From Bugula neritina (Eukaryota > Animalia > Bryozoa): a DNA stretch of 64,000 bases. The stretch spans positions 10,840,722-10,904,721 of the forward strand of contig OZ037766.1 in the NCBI GenBank assembly GCA_964035545.1, written 5' to 3'. The position numbers were made by a program, and so were the translations under genes. Shown piece after piece: positions 1-12,523 of the stretch (position 1 is its first letter; each line of letters starts with the position of its first letter). The notes under the pieces were generated by a model. That model was given only the letters and a program-made list of their open reading frames with translations. It searched no databases and had not been told where the DNA came from.

Positions 1-14
1 CACTCTTTAACTAG

Positions 15-3000
15 GAAGTACGTGAAAGAGCAAAAAGATATAGGAGCCAAGATATCGGTTGTGTCAAGCTTGCAAATGAGTAAAGTGCAAGAACAAACCA
101 AATCATTAAAGCATCTTCTCTCCACGGTGTCTGTAGGACTTCACCGTAACATTGCAGCTCTGGATAAACTAAAGAAACAAACATCACAGGTAAGGGTGTG
201 TTATTGCTCAAAGTTTGCAGAAAAAATATTGTTGTTCAATTCAAAACTTTTTGTTACTTCATTTTCATTACTTTCAACAGTAAACAGCTTTTATAAGACT
301 GCTTTTTGCAAAGGTTTTAGATTTGTCTTCTTTATTATGAAACTTCAAAATTTAGAAGCATGATATATCAATAAATTTAATAATTAAATAAACCATCCAT
401 ATGCATTAAACTGGTATTCATATTTGATTAAACACTATAACTAACAATCAATTTGAACATCTGGCCGTTATTTAATTTTACTTTGAATGTGTGATGAAAC
501 TTTAAAGCAAGTCTGTAGTATAGCATCACAATTTTTTTCTCAAAGTGATGATTGTTTTAAGAAGCAAGATTGGCTCTCATTTTGTAGTATATGATGTAAT
601 TATTTTCTGACTACTTGATTAACTTTAAAACTTTAAGCAGTATGACTTTTGTGTCTCAAGCTGAATGAATTTTGTAGTTTCACATACAGTATAATACTTC
701 AATTTGAATAGTTGCTACTTTTGAAATGTTTGAACGTAGAAGAGAAATAACTGCACAATATTTTTATAATACAACAAGCCCCGCAATGACTACTTTAAGT
801 AGATGGGTTTTTCTGTAGGAGTTACATAATGCCGAGATGGCATACAGAACCAAAGAAACGCCACCAGGACTTCAATACGAAAACACTGCTCCTAACCAAT
901 ACTTTCACGATCTGATGATGTCATTTGACGAGAGAATGGCTTTGTATAGGAAGCTGATAGAAGATACTGAAGGTTATATAGTTGGGGCACAGCAACGGGG
1001 TGCCGTTTCTCCGAAAGGTCTGTTGAATATACTTGACCTTGGGTACTAAAAGGGTTGATCACAGACCTATTATGTTGAAACACTGCTAATTCAGGCAAAA
1101 TATTTTATTACAAGGTATAGGTTTATTTTCTAGATATTAAAACTTGAAACATCTTCTTAGATTTTGACAAAAACGAGTTTAAAATTTGTCAATTAGCCTT
1201 TCTAAAAGTATAAAGAAGCTACTACTGCTACTGCTACTATTACTAATACTGCTACTATTACTAATACTGCAACTACTACTAATACTGCTACTATTACTAC
1301 TATTATGGCTAAAAAATTCAATTTTGCTCCAATAACATTGGTAAAATTTGAAATGTTTTAAATACAATTATTAACAAGCACCAATACCAACCGTACTATA
1401 ACAGTTGTCTAATTATTTTGTTCTATATAATCAACTAGCCAGACACAGTTTATTCTTGTAATTTATTTCCTAAGGTTTATTATATAATACTATAACTGTG
1501 TAGATTGTAGTTAAAGCTGGTGTGTTGACTGTATCTATTTAGGTGACCTTGAGTGCCAGCATTTTAGCTGCATTTATGTCAAGTCTATAGTTTGTTTACA
1601 AATATATAATGTTTAAAATATATTTGTTTACAGTATGTATATTAGCCATATATTACAAAGACATGATGAATTTGCTTTTTTCATTTAGATATTTTCACTT
1701 GCTTGAAGAAATTACACGAAACTTTCATAGCTCTAGCAGCTCAGCTGCATGGCATTCACGAACAGGTGAAGGTAGGAACGTTTGTCAAAATACTTTACTT
1801 TATTCCTTGCTTTTGCTAAAACTTATTAATTGCCTTGGCAATAACAAACATTCACTCGAAATTTTGAGCAGTTACACAATTTTTTTGAAAAAGGGCAGTA
1901 AGCTTTAAGCTGATACAGGTTCCAAAAATTTTTAAAACATTTCATCAGAATGAATGGGAACTAATGGGTCACAATTCATTATGATAATTGACAATGTTTA
2001 TGTTAAGTATGCTTTAAATAACATTGCTCTGATCAATTTAGGAACAAAAAGAGCATTATCTGACATTCCGAAGGGTGTTCCATGGTGAAGAGACTGACAT
2101 ATTTGAAAAGAGGAAAAGAGAAAGCTCCAACAGGTCTAAATTATCTCGCACCTCTCAACCCGGTGGTCCAACTCCTTTCACTGGCCTCTCAAACTTTGCC
2201 GCTATGATGATGAACTCGGCAATGACACGCCAAGTAACTCCGCAACAGCCTGGTAAGGGAACTCTCTTTTAGTTACTTCCCCCACTTTCACTTTGCACTA
2301 CTTATTCAGCATTTATTCACTATGCACTTCACACCTGTCTCTCACTATTCACCTGTCACTATTCACCTGTCACTATTCACCTCTCACTATTCACCTATCT
2401 CTCACTATTCACCTGTCTCTCACTATACACCTGTCTCTCACTATTCACCTGTCTCTCACTATTCACCTGTCTCTCACTATTCACCTGTCTCTCACTATTC
2501 ATCTATCTCTCACTATTCACCTGTCAATATTCACTTATCTTTCATCATCATTCCGACTCTCACTCTTCCCATACTCATCGGTAAGTTAGCTGTAATTCAA
2601 CATCGCTACAAAATCTCACTCATGTAAAATACTCATAATATCATTTATATTTGCATATTATTCGCATCAATTAATTGTCAAACCTTGATATGGTCTAGAA
2701 GTGTTGATTTTAAATCAATAAGCTAGTTATATATGTGTGTATGTGCTTGATAGAATATTTGTTTTAAAATAACTGAGTGGTTAGTTTCTTGTGTAACAGG
2801 ACTGTATGAACCAAATAGGAATTTTTAAACTACTCTCACTGTAGCTCATTGTGTTATACTGATAATGTCTACCTTGATACTAGGTTTGACTACTATGACT
2901 GCAATGCCTGGATTTGGTACAGCCACAACTCAACCTCCTACAACTGGTTTATTTGGAAGTGAGTTATTTTTTATCTAATTTTTGCCATCTTAGAACAATT

Positions 3001-5954
3001 ATAAAAACATCATAAATTTAATAGTCATTGAATAATCTTTATATAAAACAAATGACGCGATTTTAAAGATGGGGATTAAGATTCTATTATATAGCCTTTA
3101 TGAAATAACTTTGTACAAATAGTGCTATCTGTAAAGCTTGGTTTACTAAATGGTGTAGAACTCTGTGACACAGCAAGTGTAGGTTTGTGATTCACAAAAT
3201 GTGACCTGATGATTTATGATGCATGTAGATATTCAACTAGTGTGTAATCACTGAACGGATGTAATAATAATAACATGCTATATTATGATAGTCCAGCATA
3301 ATATACAGGGAGTATTAATCATTGGGGTAAACTTCTGAAGACTGGCTATGTTTTTATTTAATTTTGGAATAATGATGAAACAAGCCATTATGTATCAGCA
3401 ATGATGGTTTATTCCTTATAGATACTAGTAGTTTGCCAACATTCGGAGGATTTGGCACACAGCCAACCACGGGAGGAAGTTTGTTTGGCAACACTGGGAC
3501 AGCCAAGCCAGGTATACGGCAGCCTAACATTGAATTTTTGCTCTCTAATTATAGTACTTACTCCATATCTCACTGAGCTACGGATCCCAAAAACTTAATT
3601 CGTGTCATAGTAGAATACCAGATTTAAATCACGGATCTGTTAAATTTCGCAATTTTGTCCCTATACACGCATAAGCCACAAAATGGGTGGGGAGGTCCAA
3701 GCCCTTCTTATGACCTATGGAAATTCATGAGAAAAAGAGGGAGCACTGTACACGCATTAGTTGGAAAGAGCGGTGTGTGAGTAAATGCATGTATGTAGGT
3801 GTGTTAGTTTTTATTCAATGTTTCATGCATTTGATAGCATTATGCAACTGTTTACGTTATTTATTCCAACTAGCATGTTGCTCCGTAAACTGTGGCAATG
3901 CATTCTACAATATAAGACACAAAATGCCAAAAAAAATATTCATTTAGCAAATGACACTTTTGTCCTTCTTCAACATGTAGTTTATTGCTTTAATGCATGT
4001 ATCTGTATGCTCATTATAAATTATGCTTTTTGATTTCATAATCGATGTTAGGTGGTGGAAGACTTATAAATACACATTGGAAGTAGCGCTTGGTGTTGAA
4101 CCCAAAGCCAACACTTTGTGATCAGATCTCTGTAGAATTTATTCCAAGCAAAATGTTACTTTAGTTTTGAATAGTAATGTTGATGTCAAAAAGTGCTCAT
4201 ATCACGCGAATATATGTGTGTATTTTATAGCATTCAACTTTGGAGCAGCAACAAGCAGCGCTGCCCCAGCCTTTGGTTTCTCAAACTCAGCCGCTGTCAC
4301 CAGCAAACCATTTGGTACACTCTTAGTTCTACGCTATGTCTGTAGTCAGCAAATGTTGTTTATGCTATACTTGTTGGACTAAGGCACAACTATTTTAAAG
4401 TTTAGAACTAGAAGCATTCTGTTGAAAAATCAATGACGATCTTTTACCAAAGTATTTCATCTCTAAATTTTATAGTGAAGTGTACAGTTTATAACCTAAA
4501 TTGTCTATTTTAGGTTTTGGTTTTGGCTCTACTACTACTACTACAAATGCTGGAACATCTGCATTTAATCTTGGCTCTGCCCCAGCCTCTAAACCTACTG
4601 GTAAGGTTGATTGGAGTTCACTTTCTATTAAATGCTTTCTTTCACTGCAGTTGCATAGCATAATATTGTTTGCAGCCTCTACTAGAGAGTGTGTTTTTAT
4701 TGTTTTCAATGCTTATTGCCTTCACTTGCTACTAGTTAGATTCTAACTGTTAGACTACCTCTAACCTAAACCAACTTAGCACAAACTTTGCTGGCATCAA
4801 ATAGGCGGAGTTACGTATCATCTGTTTATAGGTTTTGGGTTTGGTTCAAGTGCATTTGGTAGTGCACCTGCTCAATCTACTACTTCGCTATTTGGCTCAG
4901 CCGTGAAGCCTCTAGGTTAGTTTGGTGTGTGGTACGTACTTTACTTTCACTGTTATTTTCTCAAACAGCACGCTACTCTTAGAATATATCATTTATTTAA
5001 TAGCAACATCTTATTATATGCAAAATAATATTCTATAATAGATTGTAAAACTAACGCATTAACCTTGCACTGTAAGATTCGTCTTACCAATATATTATAT
5101 AATATATTTGTTATCTTATGAACCAATCAATTTTATTAAAGAGTTGCTTATCCTTGATTTGGTGACTCATCATATAGTGAGCTCATTATAGCTAGTTTGT
5201 AAATCTTTGCTTTGGTTTATATAAATTTGATAGAAATAAAAGCATTAATTGTCGTTTCACTGCAATAAATAGAATAGAGCAGTCAGCACCCCATATGATG
5301 CTTGATCTAGTCATCCTGTAATATTATAAACTTGTTGAGAATGATTATAAAGTTCTGAGTATCCAAATGAATCAATTCCTTTAGTTTCTTTTAGTGGATG
5401 TTATATCTTGACTCAAAATTTATACTACAAATAATTAAAATAGTTATTTCCTGTTTCCCGCTATAATTAGCTTCATTTGGTTTTTTCTAGTTATATTTTA
5501 GTCTCACTATGTTGCACACAAATTATATAATTATGTATAATTTGTGTGCAGTTACTGTTTTGGATTTGTTCTCTCATCAATACCAAATATATGTTTCATA
5601 TGTGAATGCTGAGTACACTAGCATTGTACCTACTGTTTTCAATTTTTTTTAATTTAATAAACAAGCAGTTATGTTTGTATTTATATTGAAAGGTCTTGGC
5701 GTCTTTTGTAACCTAAAAGTTAACTTGGACTTTTATTTTTTGAAATATCTGCATTGATTTTGGTTAAAACACTTTTTGTGTTGTTCTAAATGAGTTGGTG
5801 AAGCACTTCCTTAGTATTTCCTATTTTGTTGTGTCACTAGCTCTTGAAGTTTGTCATTTTATACACTTGTTTTTTAGGGAAGGTGACTCCAAGTTTGGTG
5901 TTGAGCACACCTGGCTTTGCTTTAGGCACACCCAGTAAAAGATCGTTTAATTAA
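15..5954 (+). CDS. NUP58: Nucleoporin p58/p45, 3' part (5' exons lie outside the window). Exons ~15-189, 819-1017, 1689-1771, 2042-2252, 2884-2958, 3422-3511, 4231-4314, 4514-4600, 4832-4915, 5878-5954
   Basis: The spliced peptide (KYVKEQK..ELHNAEMAYRTKETPPGLQYENTAP..ETFIALAAQLHGIHEQVK..GPTPF) matches the Nup58 coiled-coil core. It is followed by FG-repeat exons. All introns are GT-AG with compatible phases; TAA at 5952-5954. Confidence 0.93.
1218..1303. repeat. Imperfect (CTA/TTA/CTG)n trinucleotide microsatellite, intronic
   Basis: ctactactgctactgctactattactaatact... visible directly. Confidence 0.85.
2325..2540. repeat. 18-bp minisatellite (CACCTGTCTCTCACTATT)n in a NUP58 intron
   Basis: About 12 tandem copies; it explains the spurious LSLTIH/SHYSPV ORFs. 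Confidence 0.95.
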
Positions 5955-7137
5955 ACTTCACAAGTTTACATTGACTATTCTATTTTTATTGTAGAGTTTC
6001 AACTATGCTTGTTAGTAGTACAATATTGAATAAAAAAATAAAGCATTGATAAATATGTTGCAACTCATGATGATGGTGTCATTTTACATTTCTATATTCA
6101 TAAGTTTGGCATTTATTCTAAAATATGTTTTTTAGTATTTCGATTTAATTGGCATGAATATTAGTGATGTTTACTATAAATATGATAGAAATATAATAAA
6201 TATTAGATATTTCCTTTGCCATGAATAACTAATTTCAACAATAGCCATAGAATTTTATTCAATAAAATCTTATTTGCTGTTTGTGATTTCACAGTCTTCA
6301 TCTTTTCTCAGTGAGTCTTTAATTGACTATTGTCTATGCTATAGCTGCTAAAATATGTTCCCACCTCTACTATACATCAGCACCTTCAAAAGAAACTCCC
6401 TTGTTGTTCCATTAACAACAATAAATAAGTTAATAAAGGCCATTAGAACCTCAAATATTTGTTTATATCAAAGGACTTCTTTTAAAGCAGCATTTTCATT
6501 ATGCTTACTGTTAGTGCTTACTTTCAAAACTATTTATATTTAAAAAAAACCTAATAAATCACTCAGTTAAGCTATAATCTGTTAGTCATGCTATCAACAC
6601 ATTTAATGTAAGTCAGCTGCTGGAGAGATAACTGGGGTGTATGAGGTGCAATATTCTCAGGTACACTTGTCTTAAAAGTCAGTTTAGTGTCAATGCACTT
6701 GATAGTGTTGTCATGAAGTGTAAGTTTAGAATTATCAAGTTTGCATAGTATTCCTCTGTATCATTATATATGCTTACAGTATAGTTTATAATTGATAGCT
6801 GATTTTTGGTTATTTGCATCAGATTTGTGAACTAATTATAGAAACTTTTTTGTGAGAATTATAACATATTTCCCTTTCCTATAGGAAACTGCTACTCTGG
6901 TGGCAAAAAGGCCAATTGTTTTGTCAAAAATGGATATGAAAGAATTGAGTCTTTATAAATCAGTGCACTTGGAATACAAGGAGAACATTGTTTGATGAGA
7001 CCTAATATGTTACTGCCACAACTATTACATGTAGTGGGCCAGTGATCACTCAAAAGGGCAGAAGCTTTTAGTAGTAGAATTTCTATTGCAATCGCTTGAA
7101 ATTATTTTTAAGACACGGCTACTTATTACCGTCGGAT

Positions 7138-10100
7138 ATGGGGCGGGTGCTTTTGACACTGCATCTTCTACTATACTTTGCAGAGGTTTCTCTAATAATA
7201 TTTCTGTTGACAATGTTTTTACAAGATAGCTACTGGCGAATCACATTCTGCCTGTTACTTTTCAGCAGTTTCTTGAGCAATATATCATCCTATGCTAGAA
7301 TTGGTCAGACTATGGACTTCTACCACAAACCATGCGGTCTATTTACTTGTGCTCTTCTTCACATCTTACAGCTAGGACTCCTGTGGAGGTATATTAAGAT
7401 GTTAATCATGTATGAGGATGCCGACAGTCGAGATTTCATGTGTATTAGACTTCTTCACACCTGTTCATGTAGCGTACCTGTTTTACTCTGCATCATTTCC
7501 AAATATTTGGATAAAGACGAACAGCCTCTTTACATAGTTTTAGCTGCTGTGTGTTTCATGTCTTCAATTTTAACTTTTGCAACGTTCAGTCAGTTTAACG
7601 AGAACATTCATCATAGTATAAGTGCTGTACTTAGTACACTATTATGGAGGACATTCACATTATTTTCTCGTCTGTCAGCGCTGACTTTGTGTCTAATAAG
7701 CATACATGGCTTGTGGGCCTTGATGGTTCTTGGTGCTCATTTCATTGTCTTGATAATTTGGTATCAACTGCGAGAGCAATCTAAACAGGACAAATGTACC
7801 AAGCTGCGTATGTGGCTGTTGGTTTTAGCCTTCGCCGACACCATAGATTTAACTATTGCAAATTACAAAATTGGTATTGAATGGTTGGTAGGATATTATG
7901 CGACTATATTGTGCGAAAGTACTATAATAGTAATAATTCGGTACGCCTCACTCGAACAGCCTTACAATTCGCAAGACGCTCTATGGCTAGTGACTGTATT
8001 TGCCAGTTTGGCGCTCGGTTTACTACTTTCTCTGATCACTATGGTTCTCTCAGTCAAAGAGCAGAAGAAGACAACTCTGCAAAAAACTCTCAAGTGTTGC
8101 TGTCCTGGCTCACTGAGAGGACATTCAGATAAGTTACCATATGTCTGGGATTCATATGAAACGAAGAGGAAACCAACTTGCTATGCAAACAAAGCCTTTG
8201 AGTTTGAAGAAAGACAGAAACACGTAGATATTATCAACAACCCTCTCGGAGTGAGTGACGTTGTATCACTAAGTGCCAACACTACTCCTGGTGTGAGCAG
8301 CCCACACACCAACAAGAGCCACCTATCCTCACCCTTAGACCCACCAAGATCCTTAGCTCCAGCACTTGCAGACGATGCTGAAACTCAGAGACAGGTGATT
8401 GAATAAACTTTTAGTATGTTTAAAGGCTTCAGTGAGTATCAGAAGCTTGAATTCTTATACAATCCAGGGTTGGGGTAATTGTAATTTGTAATTGTAATTG
8501 GTTGTAATTAATTACATTTTTTCAAGTAATTGAATGTAATTTGTAATTGATGTATGGAAATGTAATTGTAATTGTAATTGTAATTAATTACATGTCTAAT
8601 GTAATTGATTTTTACAATTACTTTATAATTACATGTCAATTACTTCAAGCTTTAAAATCTTAAAAAATTCATATTCTTCCTACCATGCCCACTGTTAAAT
8701 AACAAGTTCAGACTAAGTCAATGTGATTATATAGTATTACTGATGAGAACAAAGGAGATTCACTACTGTCAAAATTGCCCCTGCTAATTGGAACCTAGAA
8801 GTGAAATTGCATAACTTCTATTTACACTGCTGTGAAAAGTTTAAGGACACCTCACTGTTTTTCCCAATAGCTATGTTCCACGCTAATTTTAAGACATAGC
8901 AAAAGCATTCCCATAGACATGGTGCCTATCAAAAAGATCCTTAAGATCTCCTTATTTCATTCATACAAATTATAAGTGTCTCTTTTTACGACCTCCCAAA
9001 ATTTGGGTGAAACAATGAGATACTATCCCTATATGGGAATTATTCGATGCTCTCACAATTTGTGTGTACTGTATGACATCAGAATATTTTACTTAAAATA
9101 TAGAAAAATATTATATGTGATTTGTCATACACCTTATAGCAGCATTGTACCACACAATGCACTCAATTTTAGTATCAATATTTTTTTGGCCAGCCTTTAT
9201 TCTTAATCACAAGTCGGCAGCGACGAGGCATCGACTCGTACAGCTTCTCCAACTTGTTTTGAGACACGACATGATGCCATGCATGAATTACAGACTCTAT
9301 GAGTGTCCCCTTAGTTGTTGGCTTCTTTGAGGAAACTATTTTAGCCATTCTTGACCCATAATTTTTTATAGGGTTCAAGTCAGGGCTTAGTGCCGGCCAG
9401 TTCAGCGTTTAGACCCTCAGCCTTTTCATCCACTCTTTAATAGTCTTCGCCCAATGGCATGGTGCTTTGTCATCTTGAAATAGGTCAATTTCATTTAAAA
9501 AAAGGTTTTTTACAATTGGAAGAAGTTTAGCATTGAGATTATCTATATATTTTTGGGTATTAACATCATTCCAGAGCAAATACTGAGTCGACCTACACCT
9601 TTTTGATGTCAAAAACAACCCCAGAACATAACACTGATTATAGCTTAACTGTTGTAAGTATACATTGGCGGCTATATTTCTCATACTGGTATCTTCTAAC
9701 ACAACAGTTTCCAGCATGAGCGTTCACATTAAATATGGATTCATCTGAAACAATTACTTTTTTTCTAATCATTACTTGTCTAACTACCATGCTCCCTGGC
9801 CCACCGTAAACGGCCTCTTTGCTGCTTCTCGGTTGGTAGAGGCTTCCTCTTGCTTTGCGGCCACGTAAACCATGGCTCAACAATCTTGCCTTATCATGGA
9901 TGTCGAATCTGGTGTTCCTGTTGATTCTGATCATTCCTTGCCAACTCAGGACTTGTTTTATGGCAATCCTTCTTGCTGATCCCAATGAGAACCTTGTCAT
10001 CTCTGGATGTGCTTATTTTTGGTCGTCCACTTCCAGGTCATCTGCTACACTTCCAGTCTCCATAAACTTCTTGATAATTTGATGTATGGTTGTCTTTGTT

Positions 10101-11959
10101 TTGTCAACATTTTCAAATATGTTCCTAATTTAATAACCTTCCTTATGCAAGAAAATTATTACAAATATTGCTTCTGAAGTAAGATTTACAGCTCTCATTT
10201 TGTTTATGCGAAGCACCCAAGTGGACACCATGTAAAAGCTCACAACTAAACGACAGACTTCAAATTGTGGAGGAAAGTCATACTTTATGATAACATGATA
10301 CCATGCACAAAGTCAAATTTCACTATCTAGCCTTCTGTGGTTATAAAAATCGATAAACTCTGGTTACATGATAATACAGGAGTTGCACTTCCGTAGCTGC
10401 TTGTGTAGTTGGCCCGAAAATGGGTGGAAAAAATCACAACAGGAAGAATTCATATATAAGGTGGAAATTGTAGAGCACATTCTGGGTCATTTTGATATAT
10501 AGAACTTGCAAGAAAATAATAAGAACTTACAAGAAATGCCTATTAAGCAAGCTATATAGAAACTTCTGCAAGCGTCCTTAAACTTTTTCACATCACTGTA
10601 TCTCTTGCGAGAACAAAAGTAATTGTAATTGTAATTAATTACATTGCCATGTAATTGTAATTGTAATTAATTACATTACTATTTGACTGTAATTATAATT
10701 GTAATTGTAATTGACAAATTCTCATGTAATTGTAATTGTAATTAATTACATTCACATGAAATTGACCCCAACCCTGATACAATCACTATTGAGTATTGTA
10801 AAAAGTGTTTCGGCATGCTATAGCATATACAATTTTAGTTTGACTATGCAATATTTTCAAAATTATATCCTGTACAATTGATTTTCACATTTAAAACGTT
10901 TATAGTATATAGATGCACATTTAGAAAAATAATTGTCAAATAATGAAAATTATGCAAAACAGTTGTCTTATAAGCCTAGGACCACACTGTGCGTATTTTC
11001 GCATGCGAAAATTTAAACCACGAGTAGCAAAGGTGTCCACTGTATGCGTTGAGAAAACATTCGCACTTGTCGTTCAGCATTCTGAACGCAAGTGCGAATC
11101 GTCTCTGTCGTCGTCACCTAATTGGCTGGTAGTTATTTAGGGAGCCCAATTCTTTTATTTTAGTGCTATATTCCAGTAAATTGTGTTTTATTAAAAGCGA
11201 GTGCGATTTAAAAATAAAAGCTTTATTTACACGCATCACTGACGCTACAGTGGACACCTTTGCTACCTGTGGTTTCAATTTTCGCATGCGAAAATATGCA
11301 CAGTGTGGCCCTAGGCTTATAAGACAACTGTTTTGCATAATTTTCATTATTTGACAATTATTTTTCTAGGAACTATGAATTGTGATGCAATAATTTTATC
11401 ATCCCTTTGTCATCAATACATACAGCTTAGTTACTTTTATTTTCAGATAAAAGTAGAAATTAACAGGCATGGGGTTATATCTAGTTCAGGATCGGATAAC
11501 ATACCACTGGTACAGCATGTAAGTAATTCCAGAACTGATAGAATATACCAAACACCAGAAAGACATCATCAACGAAATACAAAGAGAGAATCACCTTTCA
11601 CTTCAGTAACTCATGCTAGTAAACCACAGGCCCATGCTTCTCCAAGAGACACGCCTCCTCGTAGGTTACTATATCTTACACCAGCTGGGTTGATGAGAGG
11701 TAATGATATATCTGATGATGAAATTCACAAGTTATACTCAAATAATTCTAAGAGTTATAGTCAGCGAGATTTGCGACCCCGTTGGGTGAATTTAAATAGA
11801 ATTTATTACAGCAATTTTTCATCTTCAGAGAATGCGATTGATACAATGTCATGTGACACAGATGACTCATACACATTAGGAAATCATTCAACAGAAAAGA
11901 AAAAAATTCCTAAATCAAGATGGAATGTGATAAGAGGAGAATTTGAAACACCGTTATGA
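7138..11959 (+). CDS. XK-related (Xkr/scramblase family) membrane protein, divergent. Coding exons 7138-8394 and 11447-11959
   Basis: Multi-TM N-terminal region with XK-type motifs (HILQLGLLWRY, WRTFTLFSRLSAL, YYATILCES), followed by a long Ser/Pro-rich tail. The phase-0 donor CAG|GTGATT at 8394 joins TTTCAG|ATA at 11447 in frame. First ATG at 7138. Confidence 0.8.
8825..10598 (-). mobile_element. Tc1/mariner transposon, full length but decayed
   Basis: ~26-bp imperfect TIRs (CACTGCTGTGAAAAGTTTAAGGAC / GTCCTTAAACTTTTTCACATCACTG), TA on both flanks, and an internal transposase remnant. Confidence 0.92.
9175..10198 (-). pseudogene. Tc1-family DDE transposase pseudogene
   Basis: Fragments spread over several frames: LHKEGY*..IIKKFMETGSVAD, VIVSDESIFN, FQDDKAPCH, WPALSPDLNPIK (catalytic E replaced by K), YESMPRRCRLVIKNKGWPKKY. 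Contains stops and frameshifts. Confidence 0.9.
10922..11368. mobile_element. MITE / foldback element with ~123-bp inverted arms
   Basis: 10922-11044 is a near-perfect reverse complement of 11246-11368, with TA at both outer ends. It produces near-identical ORFs on both strands (MKIMQNSCLISLG...). Confidence 0.9.
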
Positions 11960-12523
11960 CCAAAACAGTCAACACATTGATTATCATGTGCTTGTATCTG
12001 CCATTTTTTAGAAAGATAAAGATTTTTCTTCTTTTACAATGCATTACAGACTTTATTGTTTGGCTACTTAGTATAATAGACATTCATATGTGCAAATAAT
12101 TTAACGTAAAGCATTGTAAGTTTGGAGCTACAGTTGTTATAAAATATTATATCACATTTACTTTAACAATACTCATATAAATTTATATTATAATAATATA
12201 AGCATATATATATATATATATATATGTAGTTGACAATAACATCATGGCATGATGATTATGTGGTGTGATTAAATATTGGCGACAATGAAAGACAGGAAAA
12301 TAAATATTTATGCAAATAAAATAAATTGTCTGCTTCTCAGCACCATAAAATATTCATAATACCAGCTGACATACCTTATGAGTTCTGTAATGAGGCAAGT
12401 GCATTATAGAATAACTTAAATAAATAGATAAAATAATAATTTTTAGGGAGAAAAGCACTGATTTACTTGCAGGGCCTTTAGAGTTTACAAAATATAATAC
12501 AAACAGCATTACAGTTTGTTGAG

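Larger units (their letters stand above)
8465..10776. mobile_element. Non-autonomous hAT-type DNA transposon (about 0.54 kb when empty), interrupted by a Tc1 element
   Basis: TIR CAGGGTTGGGGT...ACCCCAACCCTG. Perfect 8-bp TSD ATACAATC (8457-8464 and 10777-10784). Subterminal GTAATT/AATTAC arrays at both ends. Confidence 0.92.

Noticed and set aside
3572-3894. CpG-richer intronic segment with weak terminal inverted similarity (CAC..TACGGA)
   Set aside because: Probably an old repeat, but the TIR match is poor and there is no TSD, so it cannot be classified
7096-7137. ORF-track start of the XK-like ORF at TTG
   Set aside because: In a eukaryotic gene the first in-frame ATG (7138) is preferred
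8738-8810. CTGATGA suggesting a hammerhead ribozyme
   Set aside because: No stem II followed by GAAA, and no closing stems found
10943-11354. Twin ORFs MKIMQNSCLISLG on opposite strands
   Set aside because: By-product of the MITE inverted arms
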